DNA of 41,097 nucleotides from an uncultured Opitutales bacterium (GTDB lineage Bacteria; Verrucomicrobiota; Verrucomicrobiia; Opitutales; T3Sed10-336): NCBI GenBank assembly GCA_964544025.1, contig CAZJCL010000001.1, positions 1 to 41,097 of the forward strand, read 5' to 3'. Shown piece by piece: positions 12,901 to 24,900 of this stretch (position 1 is its first letter; each line of letters starts with the position of its first letter). The notes under the pieces were generated by a model. It saw only the letters and a program-made list of their open reading frames with translations, ran no database searches and was not told where the DNA came from. The position numbers and the translations under genes were made by a program.

Positions 12901-15900
12901 GTCGGTTCCGACGCCCGGATCGCGCGCAATTCCGCTTTCGTCGTCTTGCGCATTGAGACGATCTTCCCGGAATGGGGCGGCAACGACCGGATCAATGTCG
13001 GCGAAGGTCTCCGTCCGACCGCCAGCCGCGGCAGCGATATCGTCATCGGCGGCACCGGTGACGACATCATCCACGGCGGTTGGGAGAATGTGCCGAACCT
13101 CCTTATCGGCGACAACGCCGTCGTGGTCCGAGCCGACGGCAGCGCGCAGGCCAACGACATTTTCACGATTCATCCGGAGTGGGGCGGCGTCGATATCATC
13201 ATCGGCGGTCCGGGCAGCGATGTCATCATCGGCGGCACCGGCCTTCGCGATCATTACGAAACGGCAAATCTTGGCGGCACCTACAACTACAAGGACGGAG
13301 TTCTGGAGGTGATCTCGGCCGCGGCGCATGGTTACGTTTCCGGCCAGGTCGTTTATCTTGATTTCGCTTCAGGCGTCGCGAACGCCGGACTTTATCGCGT
13401 GACGGTGACCGGCGCGAACGCGTTCACCGCCGTTCCTCCCGCTTGGGTGGCGATGGATATGCCGTTGATGCCGGCGGGTGAGACCCATGGAAATGTCACG
13501 ATTCGCCGGGGCGGCGACATTCTCAGCGGCGGCACCGGCGACGACGTTTTGATCGGCGATGGCGCTTATATCGAGCGCGACGCCAGCGACCGGATCCAGG
13601 TCATTCGCTCGCAAGACGCTTCCTTCGGAGGCAATGATGTGCTCGACGCGTTTGGTAACCAGGGCAACGACATCCTCATCGGTGGCCGTGGCGACGACCG
13701 GCTCTTCGGCGGCGTCCTCGACGACGGGCGCGACATTTTGTTTGGCGACTGGGCGACGATCGATTTCACCGCCTTCCGCAACGTGAGCCTGAACGTAACC
13801 GTTCCGAACGAGCGGCTGCTCTTCGCCAACGCGATTTCGACCGATCCCGAGTATGCCGGAGCCGACTACATCGACGCTGGTGCCGGCAACAACATGATCT
13901 CCGGCGGAGCGGGCAACGACACCATCCTGATGGGTGCCGGCAACAACGTGGTCGCGGGCGACGGAGCCTTCTTCGAGCGCAACAGCTTCAACAAACTTTC
14001 GATGGTGATTTCGGTGAACCCCGGTTTCGCCGGCAACGACGTCATTCACGGAGGCAACGGAAACAACGTAATTCTCGGTGGCGATGGCGACGATTTGATC
14101 TACGGCGGCAATGGACACGATATTATTTTCGGCGACCATGGCGCAGTTGTTTTCTACCGCGAAAGCGCTCGCGACGGGGATATTTACTCGGTTTATGCCG
14201 AGCATGGAGGCGCCGACACCATTTTCGGCGGAGCCAGCCGGAGCATTATCATTGGCGGCTCGGACGGGCAGCAACCAGCGCAGGAATACATGGCGAACCG
14301 GCAGTTTACCGTTGCCCAATCCCGCCTGCATCTCGGCGACGAGAGTTACTACCTGACGCGCGCCGGAGGTTACGCGGCCAACGCCGATATTATTTACGGA
14401 ACGCCGCTGAATTCCGTCCAGGGCTTCAACGACATCATCTTCGGGGACAACGCCTACATCCAGCGCAGCCTCGCCGGCGAGATCACCTTCCTCACGACCC
14501 GCGAGTGGAGCGCCGAACTCGATACAACCGGTTCGTATGTCGGTTACGAAGGCCTAAGCACCGCCTTCGGTGCCGCCATCGCGGCCATGCCGAAAGCCGC
14601 GGGCGAAGTCGGTTGGCAGAACTGGGGCGGCAACGACGTCGTCAACTACGGCACGACCAACACCGGCGACACGATTATCTTCGGCGGCTTCGGGAACGAC
14701 CTTCTCTACGGTGGCACCGGCAACGACATCATCCTCGGAGACAACGGCGAAATCCGCCCGATCAACGGCCAATACATCGTGGAAGGAATCCGCTCCACGC
14801 ATACGGGTTCCGGCGGACACGACCTGATTTACGGCCAAGCCGGCAACGACATTCTCATGGGCGGTCCGGGCAACGACCTTCTTGTCGGCGGCGAAGGAGA
14901 CGATCATCTGTGGGGCGATGGCGGCAACGATATCGTCTGGGGCGGCATCGAAGGCTTCCACTGGACGAATTTCCGCGTGTTGCCGGGCGAAACGATCGGG
15001 GACAAGTTCGAATTGCCGCCGGGTTGGGCTGCGGTTGAAGCGGATTATCCGACCGGATACACGCCGCCGATGATCACGCCGAAGATTCTTAACGGCCAGT
15101 CCTGGAACGGCAGCGTGAACGACGGCGAGAACATCCTCCGGGGCGGTTACGGCGACGACATTATTTTCGGCGGAGGGCGCGGCACCGATATCAACGGCGG
15201 CCCGGGTAACGACTACATCGACGGCGGTGCCGGAAACGACCAGATCAGCGGCGGCGGCGGCGACAACGTGATCCGCGGCGGCGCTGGAGACGACGTGATC
15301 CGCGGAGACTTCCCGTTCCTCGGAACCTACGATCCGGTGAGTCCGTGGATGAAGGTGGGCGATGTCGGCACTCCGGCCGATCCGGTGGAATACTTCTATT
15401 TCCGCGGTTTCTTCACCGGCCGTGACCAGATTTACGGCGACGCCGGCAACGATCGTCTCTACGGCGACGGCGGCGCGAGCGACATCCTTCTGTTCGACGG
15501 CACGAGCTTCTCGAAGACGACCACGATCAAGACGGGGAATCCGGATCTCGGGTACTACGCCGCCTGGTTCGAGTTCCCAGGAGCGAACAACGACATCGAG
15601 TTCCGGGCGGTTCGGGCGGACGCCTCGTTCGCCGGTTGGACCATCACCTTCCGCGACCGGGGTGCCGACGGACGCGGCGTGGAGGTCGCGTTCGATACGG
15701 CCGCGAAGACGATGGACATTTACATCGAAAAGGGCATCACCACCGCCGCCGATGTCCAGACCGCGGTTTACAACACGCCGGACGCTCCGTTCCTGGCTTA
15801 CTCTTACTACCGCGGTCCGAACGCACTGCCGTTCGCCGACCATGGCGATTACAGCGCCGACGGACAACTCCACGGAACGCAGCTCGGGCAACGGGTTTGG

Positions 15901-18900
15901 GGCACCTCCGGTTCCAACTTCCTCTATGCTTGGGCACCGTCCGACGATCCGGCTCAATACCGGTTCCACGGCAGCGAATTGCGCGGCGGCACCGGCAACG
16001 ATTTCATTTACGGAAACATTCGGAAAGACCGGCTCTTCGGCACCGGCGGCAACAACTACATGCAGGGTGCCCGCTTGATCGGACCGGCTTACGCGGAAAA
16101 CCAACGGGCAGAGGGATATGGTCCGCTCGAAGTCGGCGGCGACGACTTGATGGTCGGCGGCCCCGGCGACGACATCATGCTGGGCAGCGGCGGCAACGAC
16201 ATCATGTGGGGCGGCGGCGGCAGCGACTGGCTCGAAGGCGGCGACGGTTTTGACACCCTCTACGGTGGTGCCGGAATCGACACGTTGATTCTCGACGTGA
16301 AGTCCTATTACAAGGTCTTTGGCGGCATTATCGACGGATTCTACGGCAACGCCTTCCGTGGGGATACGTTGAACGACAACGCCACCAACATCCTCCAGAT
16401 CGAAGGGACCGACTTCGACGACCACATTTTGATTTCCGAGGAAACCGCGCTCCTCAGCTCGAAACCGAGAGCGGTCGACACAGACCTGATATCCTTCAGC
16501 CAAACCTTCAAACTGACTCTCGAGCATAAGGACGGCGGTACGATTTACTCCGGAACCTTGTCGGTCAACGTGACCGGCAGCCTTCAGGATCTGGTGGACG
16601 GGATCAACGACCAGATCGCCTCCAGCCAGGGTCTGACCGGCTTGGCGGGCAAAGTGGAAGCCGTGAAGCGCGGGCAAACCATCGCCTTTGTCACCCGTGG
16701 ATTCGGTGCCGGTGCTTCCTTCGTTTTGAGCGATCTAACCGGTTCCGGCGGGAGCGGAGTTTTGGGTCTGGAGGATCTTGGATTCGCCGCAAACCAGATC
16801 GGGGTGGGGCAGATGGTGGTCGATTACGGACAGATGACGAACGGCCAACTCGTTCAATCAACCCGCCGCGTCCATCTTGTGACTTGGAAGGACGACGAAG
16901 GGAATCCGCTCATCCAGCAAATCCGGATCAACGGTCTCGGCGGAAACGATGTAATCGGTTTCGTCGCTGGCCGGAACGCGTTGGATGTCTCCGGGTTGAC
17001 CGACCGCAGCCGCGATTGGGTCAGCGTGATCGACGGCGGCCCGGGCAACGACATCATCCACGGTTCCGATGGTCGCGATCTCATCTATGGCGGATTCGGC
17101 TCCGACATCATTTACGGAAACGGTGGCGACGATCTCCTCTGGGGCGACGGTCCAGCCGACGGTTCGCCGAACGACGTCGATGTCATCTTCGGCGGACAGG
17201 GCAACGACGACATCATCGGCGGCAAGGGGAAGAACTTCCTCTACAACTGGTCCGACGATCCGAACCGCGGCGGCCCGAACGATCCGGCTATCAACCAACT
17301 GCATTTCACCGACGGCGAAACCCTTACGGTCGTGCCGGTGGCGTCGGAGCTGCACTTCTCCGAGGTTCTTCGCTCCTTGACGAACTACAACCCCGGCGTC
17401 GATTTCCTCCGGCTGATCGGGTCGGCCGACCTGCCGGAAAACGGTCGCCTCGAAAACGATGTCCGGTTTGCGGTTTTCCTCGGCGGAAACGCTCCGGCGG
17501 TCGAAGTCCGTGTGTTGGCCGCCGATACGCAAGACAACACCGCGATCAACCACCTGATCGCCGACATCAACGCGGCGCTCAAAACCGGAAAACTGGCGGA
17601 TGGCCGTCAAGTCGATCTCACCCGCGGCGTGGTGGCCGAACGGGAAGGCAACCGCCTGGCCTTCCGGACGCTCGGTGCGCGGGTCTCGATGATTTCCGGC
17701 AGCGGATCGGATGCGGTCGGCGTTACCGGAACTGTGCCGAGCGTGAACGGGATCGCTAGAGGGAACACGATCTTGGCGAACGACGGGCGCTTGGAGAACG
17801 ATCTCGCTCTGGAGGTTCAACTGAACGGCGGATCGAAATACACCATTACGTTAAGTAAAGCCGCCACCGCAGACAATATCCGCCCGGAGGACCTCGTTCG
17901 CAATCTGAACAAGGCACTCGCGGCGGTGAAGGAGGAGAATGGCACCTTCGCCCGTCTCGACCAGTTCATGTATTTCGCGTTGTCCGGCGACAATCGTCTG
18001 GAGCTTCGCACTCGTCTCGATCGCATCCAGATGCTGGATCGCGGAGACGTGTTGCGCTTGGTCGGACGCGCCGACGTTCCGGTCACCGGAGTGCTCGCGG
18101 ACGACGCCCACTTCACGTTGATCATCGGCACCGGAGGCGAGCCGATCAACGTTCGCGTGCCGTTCACCGAGACCCGTGCGAATCTGACCATCGACATGCT
18201 CGTGCTCGATATCAACGCGGCGTTGCGGGCGGCGACTCTTCCGGACGGATCGATCGCGAACCTCGGCTTGGCGGTCCAGGCGATTCGCGAGGGCAATCGC
18301 ATCGTTCTTCAGACCCGCGGCACTCTTGTCGAGATGAACAGCGGAGCCGGAGATCCGGCGAACACGCAGCTCAAGTTCGCTCCGTCGATGATTGGCCGTG
18401 GCACGCTGATGGCCGCGACCGCCGCTCCGGCAAATGGACAGCTAACCGACGACGCCAATTTCACCCTGCGCTTGAACGGCGACCGCGCGTATTCCTTCAC
18501 CCTCGCAAAATCCGCGACCGACGATAACGCCACAGTGCAGGATCTGGTGGACGATCTGAACAGTCTCCTGGGCGACGCGCTGAATCCCGACGGCACCTCG
18601 GCGCGGCTCGACCTGTTTGTCCGCTTCGGTTCCCAGGACGGAAAATTGACGGTGAGCTCGCTGATGAACTCGATCCAGTTCATCTCGCAGTTCGGTATCT
18701 ACATCGATCCTGAAACCGGCGAACGCCACGACAACGATGGCGGCGGACGTTACGAACTGGAGGATACCGGCATAAACCGCGTTCTCGGTGGCGATCAGGA
18801 CGACCATCTCTACGGCGGCACCGGCCTCGATTTCCTTTACGGCGGCGGCGGCGAAAACACGTTGTGGAAGGCCGACGGCACCAGCTTCGAATCGGCCAGC

Positions 18901-21900
18901 GGCGGACTCGGCGGGGACGAATGGAAGGATTACGCGAAGGAAAGCGACAAGGTCTGGTATTACCGCGGCACGAACGCCGACGACGTCATCTCGGTCGATT
19001 ATGTAACCGAGCCTGGTATCCTCGGCGGCACGCACATCATCACCCGGTTGACCAACAACAACGGGAACTACACCTTCGACGCCCAGGTGAAGCTGAACTT
19101 CAGCGCGACCGACGCCAACGGCAATCCGCTCTACAACGACCTCGGTTCCGGGATTCTGCCGCCGGAGGACGATTTCCTTGCCATCATCATCGACGCCCTC
19201 GGCGGGGACGACATCATCAACATCGGACCGACCGTGCAGGTGTCTATCTGGACCGATGTCGGCTCCGGAAACAACGTGGTCAATACCATGTCGGGCACCG
19301 CGATTTTGCCGGACAAGACGGAGCATGGCGGCCGCAACGATACTCCGGAAACCGCGTATTCCCTCGGACGCGCCTGGCTCGTCGGCCTGAATCCGCCGAA
19401 TGCTCTCAACCACCGTCTCACACCGGCGATCGGTGGCGGAGATCCGTCGATCCTTCTCCGGGTCAACGGCGGTCAGCCAATCAACGTCGTCCTGTCCGGC
19501 ACGCAGAACAACGCCTCGCTCGAAGACTTGATCGACGATATCAACCGCGCTTTGGGCAACGCCGGCCTCGGTTCTCGTCTCGTCGGGTTGGTCCTTGGCG
19601 GAAAACTGGCGATCGGTCCGACCCCGGGCAGCGACGTTGTGGCGCTTGAGATTTCGTCCGGCGAAGGCAGCGCGGTCGCGCTGGAGCAACTCGGTTTCCG
19701 CGAAGGCGCGGCGATCGGTCAAGCCGTGCTCACCGGCCTCGACACCGCCGCGACTCTCCGTGCCGACGCGGCGCTCGCCACTTTCCAACCGGCGGTTGGC
19801 GCGCTCTCGTTGATCATGAATTCCGTCACGCACCTCCTCCAGCTTACGGATACGAACGACAACTCCTCCGCCGCCGATCTGATCGACGACCTTAACCGCG
19901 CGCTCAAGAACGCCACAGCGGGAGGTGTTTCCGTCGATCTCTCCTCAATGTTGACTTTTGCGATGGTGGGCAACTTCGTCCGCCTCGTCCCGATCGATTC
20001 CCGCGCGGTGCAGAGCCTGACTCTCGAAGGCAACGAAACGGCCAAAGGCATCGGTTTCAACGAAACGGCGACGGCGGTCTTCATCTCCGGTCTCGCTCCC
20101 GCCAATGGCGTCCTGACCTCCGACGCGACGTTCGAAGTCAGTGTGAACGGACGGGCGTTGCGTTCCGTGACGGTGCTCGCGGCGGCGACGGCGAACAACA
20201 CGACCGCCGCCGAACTGGCCCAAAATCTCCAGGACGCGCTGGCGGAGGCCGGTCTCGACCTTTATCTGCGGGCGGAACTGATCGACGGGCGTCTCCGGCT
20301 GGTGACGGTGGAAGGCGGCGCCCGCGCGTCGATCGTGATCTCGGTGGACGAGAACAACGCGGCGCGGACGCAAATGCATTTCCACGACAACCAGATCGCG
20401 CTTTCGAGCCTGTTGATTTCCAGCAACATCATTCTAACCGGATTGACGATCGACAACGCCGACGACGCCGACTGGTACAGCTTCACGCTCGCCGAACCGT
20501 CGACCGGTTACATCCGCCTTTCGAGCGCCTCGCCGCGCGACGGGCTCGGATTGGCGATATTCGAGGCCGGCGGAACGGAACCGTTCAACGAGGAACAGTC
20601 GCCGGAAGGGATCAATCCGGACAAGGTCGATCTCGAAGGCGGAAACGAAACCGTCGGCGACGCCTTCGAATTGGCGCTGATTGAAAGCTACGCGAAAGTT
20701 TTCGGCCTCACGCTCGACAGCGGCGCGGACGTCGACTGGTTCCGTTTCACCCTCGAAGAATCCGGCACAGCCAAGGACCAAATCAGCCTGCTCATCACCG
20801 ACGGAGTCGCCGGGCGCGCGGTGCGTTTCGAATTGTTCGACAAGGACGGAAATCAGGTTCGCGGCGCGAACGGCCAAGTTGTGAAAAACGGGGGCGATTA
20901 CCGTTACCACGGGGTGACGGGGCTGGCGAAATTCGTAACGTTCAACCTCGAAGGTCTTGCCGCGGGCGAATACACGATCCGGATTTCCTCCGCCGACAAT
21001 GCTCCCGCCCAATACGAGATCATCACCAGCATCGGTGCCACGACCGGTTACACACAGCGGGATCTCTCCGGCCGGTCCGAGACCGCGATCAGTCTCGCCA
21101 ATCTGGCTGCGGGCGTGCCGTATCTCCTGCGGGTCAATTCGCCCTTCCTCGTCCCGACCATTTACCAGCTCACGTTTGAGATCGGCGACGGCGAAGCTCT
21201 GACGATGGACATGGCGACCCGGCCAAACCAGGTCCGCAAGGACGTCATCATCGGCGGTTCCGGCGACGACCGTTTGATGGGCGGTCCAGGCGAAGACTGG
21301 ATCTTCGGCACCGCGGGCAACAACGTGATTTCCGGCGGCTACGATCGCGGCGCTCCCGACCTTCTCTTCGGCGGCACGGGCAACGACACGTTCCAGATCA
21401 TGCCGGACGAGCTGCCGAAGCTGAACAATTCGGAGGCGACCTATATTCCGACCTTCAACGACATCATTGTGGGCGGCGGCGGCAACAACCGGGTGCTCTT
21501 CCTCGGTGGCGATCTCGATCATCTTGGTCGCGACGTTCCGGACCATGTGTCGGTCCGGTTCAACGCGCTTCTCCAGCGCTGGGAATTCACCAGCCTGGTT
21601 TGGGATACCGAGAATCAAGAGTTCATGACGGTGGAACTTCCCGGATCGGTGGTCACCGCCGGCGCCAGCGGCCCCGTTGACGGAAGATTGACCGGAGATT
21701 TCACTTTCATCGTCGAGATCGGAAACTCGAAATTCGAGGTGACGGTTCCGGCCTCCGCGACCCACGGTCTTCTCACGGCGGATACCGCGATCGACTCTCA
21801 AATGCGCGCGGCCTTGGCAAATTCTTCGCTCGCGTTCGCTATCTCATTCGGCCCTGGCCAGCAGACCGTGTTGCGCGCCGATTTCACGAACGCCCCGGCG

Positions 21901-24900
21901 ACCAATGATGAGTTGGTTCACGTCCTCAACGAGGCGATCCGCTCCTCGACTTTGAGCGGCAAAGTCCGCTTCAGCATCGGCACCGACGGAAAGCTGCGGC
22001 TCGGCCCGGCCACGATTCTCGCGCCGGACCAAAACGAGATCACTCTCCTCAGTCTCTTCCCGGGAACGCTGGCGGCGATCGGTTTCGCGGATTCCGGTTC
22101 CGCCGAAGTCAACAACGGTCCGCGCGACTTGGCTGAAGACATTCAGAATGCGTTCCGCACGGCCAAACTTCTCGATGACGAGAACAATTTGCCTGTGGCG
22201 ACTGTTGATATCTCCAACTTGGTCACGGTCGGGGTGAAAGACGGCCGTTTCGTTTTCCTCAACACCGAGATGTCTCTCGAAGACGATCTCGGGATCGTGA
22301 ACGCGGGTCTCCTCGGTTTCGTCCACGAAGGTCAGGACGCCGATCCGAAACGCACGGTTTACGCGCAACACTACTACTTCTTCCAAGCGACCGGCGTGCA
22401 GCAGATGATGATCGATCTCCAGCGCGGAGACGACATCTTCCGCGGCGATCCGGGTTTCACGTTCCCGAACCAGACCGACGAATGGGGTGTGAAACCAGGC
22501 GCGAAGGAGCAGGGCGGAGGATCCCTGACCGACCTCATCATCTACGGCGGCGGCGGCAACGACATCCTCTACGGTGGCGCCTACAACGACAAAATTTACG
22601 GCGGGGACGGCAACGACTTCATCGCGGGCGGTCCGGGCGACGATCAACTCGACGGCGGCCCCGGAAGCGATTTGATCGCGGGCAACACAACCACGCCATT
22701 TGACCAGTACGAACTGGTGGTGAAGGGGAACGTCACGGGTCCGAACAATACGTCGCAGTTCGGCTCTCTGTTGCCGAAGTTGACGCCCGGTATGGTGATC
22801 GACGGCCTGACTTTCCACGAAGGCGACCGCGCCGATTGGTACATCATCAAGACACCGGAAACGCTGAAACAGTTCTCCGGATCAATCTCCGGCCTCCTCC
22901 TGCTCGACATGATCTCCGTGAAGTTCGACGATCCGGCGGTCCAGCAGCGCTTCAACCTCTTCGGCGGGTTGGGCGGCAGCAACGTCGCTCTCTACGCGGC
23001 CCGCGATCTCGATCCGAGCAGCGTGCTGGAGGCGATTCCGGTTGAGCAATTCGCGGGTGTTCCGGATTACTTCATCCTCAAAATCCAGAACGTCGCCGCC
23101 TACACCGTGGTTGCGGAAAACGCGATCGTCACCAACGGGCGCCTCACCGCGGACGCGACCTTCGGCATCTCGATCAACGGTGCCGCGCCGATCGCCGTTA
23201 CCATTCCTCACACCGCCACCAGCGGGAATACCACGATTCAGCACCTCGCCCAGGATCTTGCCGACGCTCTTTCAACCGCGGGACTGGCCAACCGCTTCCG
23301 GGTGGAAGTGGCGCAAACCGCCCTGGGCGCTCGCCTCGCGCTCACCGCGTCCTACGACTTCACCTTCGCCATCACCTACGCCGACGGCAGCGCCGCCAGC
23401 CACCTCGGATTCCGCAGCGGCCAGAACAACGCCGTCCGCGCGCCGGAAATGGGTCGTTACCAGATCCAAATTTCCAAGGATTTGGGCAAGACGATCATGG
23501 TCGGCGGCCGCGACGCCGAGGCGGCGCTCGTCGTGGTGGGCGACGACCAGGATGGGACGCTCTCCTCCTTCCGTCCGGTGGCGATTCCGCTTGGCGACAT
23601 CGACGGCGACGGAGTGGGCGACTACATCGCAGCGGTGAGCGACAACCTCGCGAACGGCACCTCGACCTTGCTCATTCTCCCGGGAATCGCGGACTTCAGC
23701 AAACTCGGCCTCGGCAGCGAAAGCGGCCGTCGCTTCGTCGTCCTGCCGGCTCCGCTCCTGGTCGCCGACGCCAGCGGCCGCCGCGCCACAGTTTTACAAC
23801 CCGCCGACTACAACGGCGACGGCATCCACGATCTCGCAGTTGCGGTCACCGGACCGGAATCCGCCGTTTACATCCTCGGCGGCGACGCGACGCTCGCGAC
23901 GGACACCGTTCTCGACATACGCGCCGTGTCCGACTTGATCATCCGCGGCACGATTCCGAATCTCGGTGCCGAGGCGGCGCTCAATCCGAACGGCGGAGGC
24001 GACGGTCTCGTTCTTTGGCAAGGTTCGACGGCCTATGTGTTCACATCGGCTCAACTGACGGAAACCGGCACCTCGAATTTCCGTTCCGTCGCCTCCACCT
24101 CCATCACTTTCACCGGAACGCCGAGTGTGACGTACTCGGATTACAACGGCGGGACGAATCTCTGGAACGTCGTCGATGGCATTCCGGAGGGTCGCGGCGA
24201 AGGTCACGCGCTTTACTTCGGCATCAAAGGTGCCTCCGCGCCATATCAGTGGAATTACAACAACAATCAGCGTGTTAGCGGTCACGCCACGATCGGCGGT
24301 TTGATCGTTCCCGCCGGCGGCGCGATTTTGAGCTTCGATTCGCACCTCATCACCGAACGTCTCCAGACCGATTTCGACAAGGCGACGGTGCAAGTGCGGG
24401 TGAATGGCGGCAGCTGGAGCACGGTGGCCTCCAATGCCGGCAACGGCGTCCTCCTGCGCGATCCCACCACCGGCGGAACGCAGCGGGTCGGCATCATGCT
24501 CGATGACACGTTTGCCGGAAACGTGGAAGTGCGTTTCTCCTTCGACTCGGTAGATGGTGACGAAAACGCCTACGAAGGCTGGTTCATCGACAATTTCGCG
24601 CTGAGCGGTTTCCTCGGACTCAGTGCTGCGGCTTATTCGTTGAGCGCCCCTAGCGGCGAGACGATCACCGCGGCCGCCGGTGTCGGTAAAGCGCACTCCG
24701 ACCATACGTACGGGACGCTTGTAGTTTCGACGACAGCCGGCACTTACGTAAAGGAGCTGAGTTCCGCCAATGATTTCGTGAGCATCGACGGCATCGACGC
24801 GATCACCGGCAGCCGTATCGCTATCCTCGGCGATGTGACCGGGGGGGACGAGAAACTCGCCGACTTCGGCATTAACGGTTCGGCGAACAGTTTCCTGGTC

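Larger units (their letters stand above)
9181..16300 (+). repeat. RTX-like (hemolysin-type Ca-binding) nonapeptide region of about 2,300 aa, arranged in about 25 higher-order super-repeats, with two non-RTX inserts
   Basis: There are dozens of GGxGxDx(I/L/V)x nonapeptides. An uninterrupted 27-nt-period run lies at 9247-9690 (IYGGSGTTT ITGGSGNDT IYAGSGNTT IYGTAGANL IYGGSGTNT IFGGTGNDR IYGGEG...). From about 9770 to 14960 the pattern is GGNDTIxxGxGxNxxxGGxGxDTIxGGxGNDxxxGDxGxV followed by a variable linker of 10-35 aa. Examples: IFGDHGNAVLSSGRVLRASTVDTVNGGNDKI and ILGDHGRVTRDANLTMLRIETKASDTYAGNDTI. Confidence 0.88.
16500..23380 (+). repeat. At least 12 interspersed copies of an unnamed ~80-90 aa module (NGxLxxDAxF ... 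T..N.T..DLVxDLNxAL ... G(R/K)LxL)
   Basis: Copies start at about 16500, 17434 (PENGRLENDVRFAVFLGG..INHLIADINAALK), 17776 (NDGRLENDLALEVQLNGG..EDLVRNLNKALA), 18080 (VTGVLADDAHFTLIIG..DMLVLDINAALR), 18427 (PANGQLTDDANFTLRLNG..VQDLVDDLNSLLG), 19417 (..LEDLIDDINRALGNAGL), 19800 (..AADLIDDLNRALKNA), 20098 (PANGVLTSDATFEVSVNG..AAELAQNLQDALAEAGL), 21672 (PVDGRLTGDFTFIVEIG), 21880 (NDELVHVLNEAIRSS), 22110 (RDLAEDIQNAFRTAK) and 23128 (VTNGRLTADATFGISING..IQHLAQDLADALSTAGL). Confidence 0.75.
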
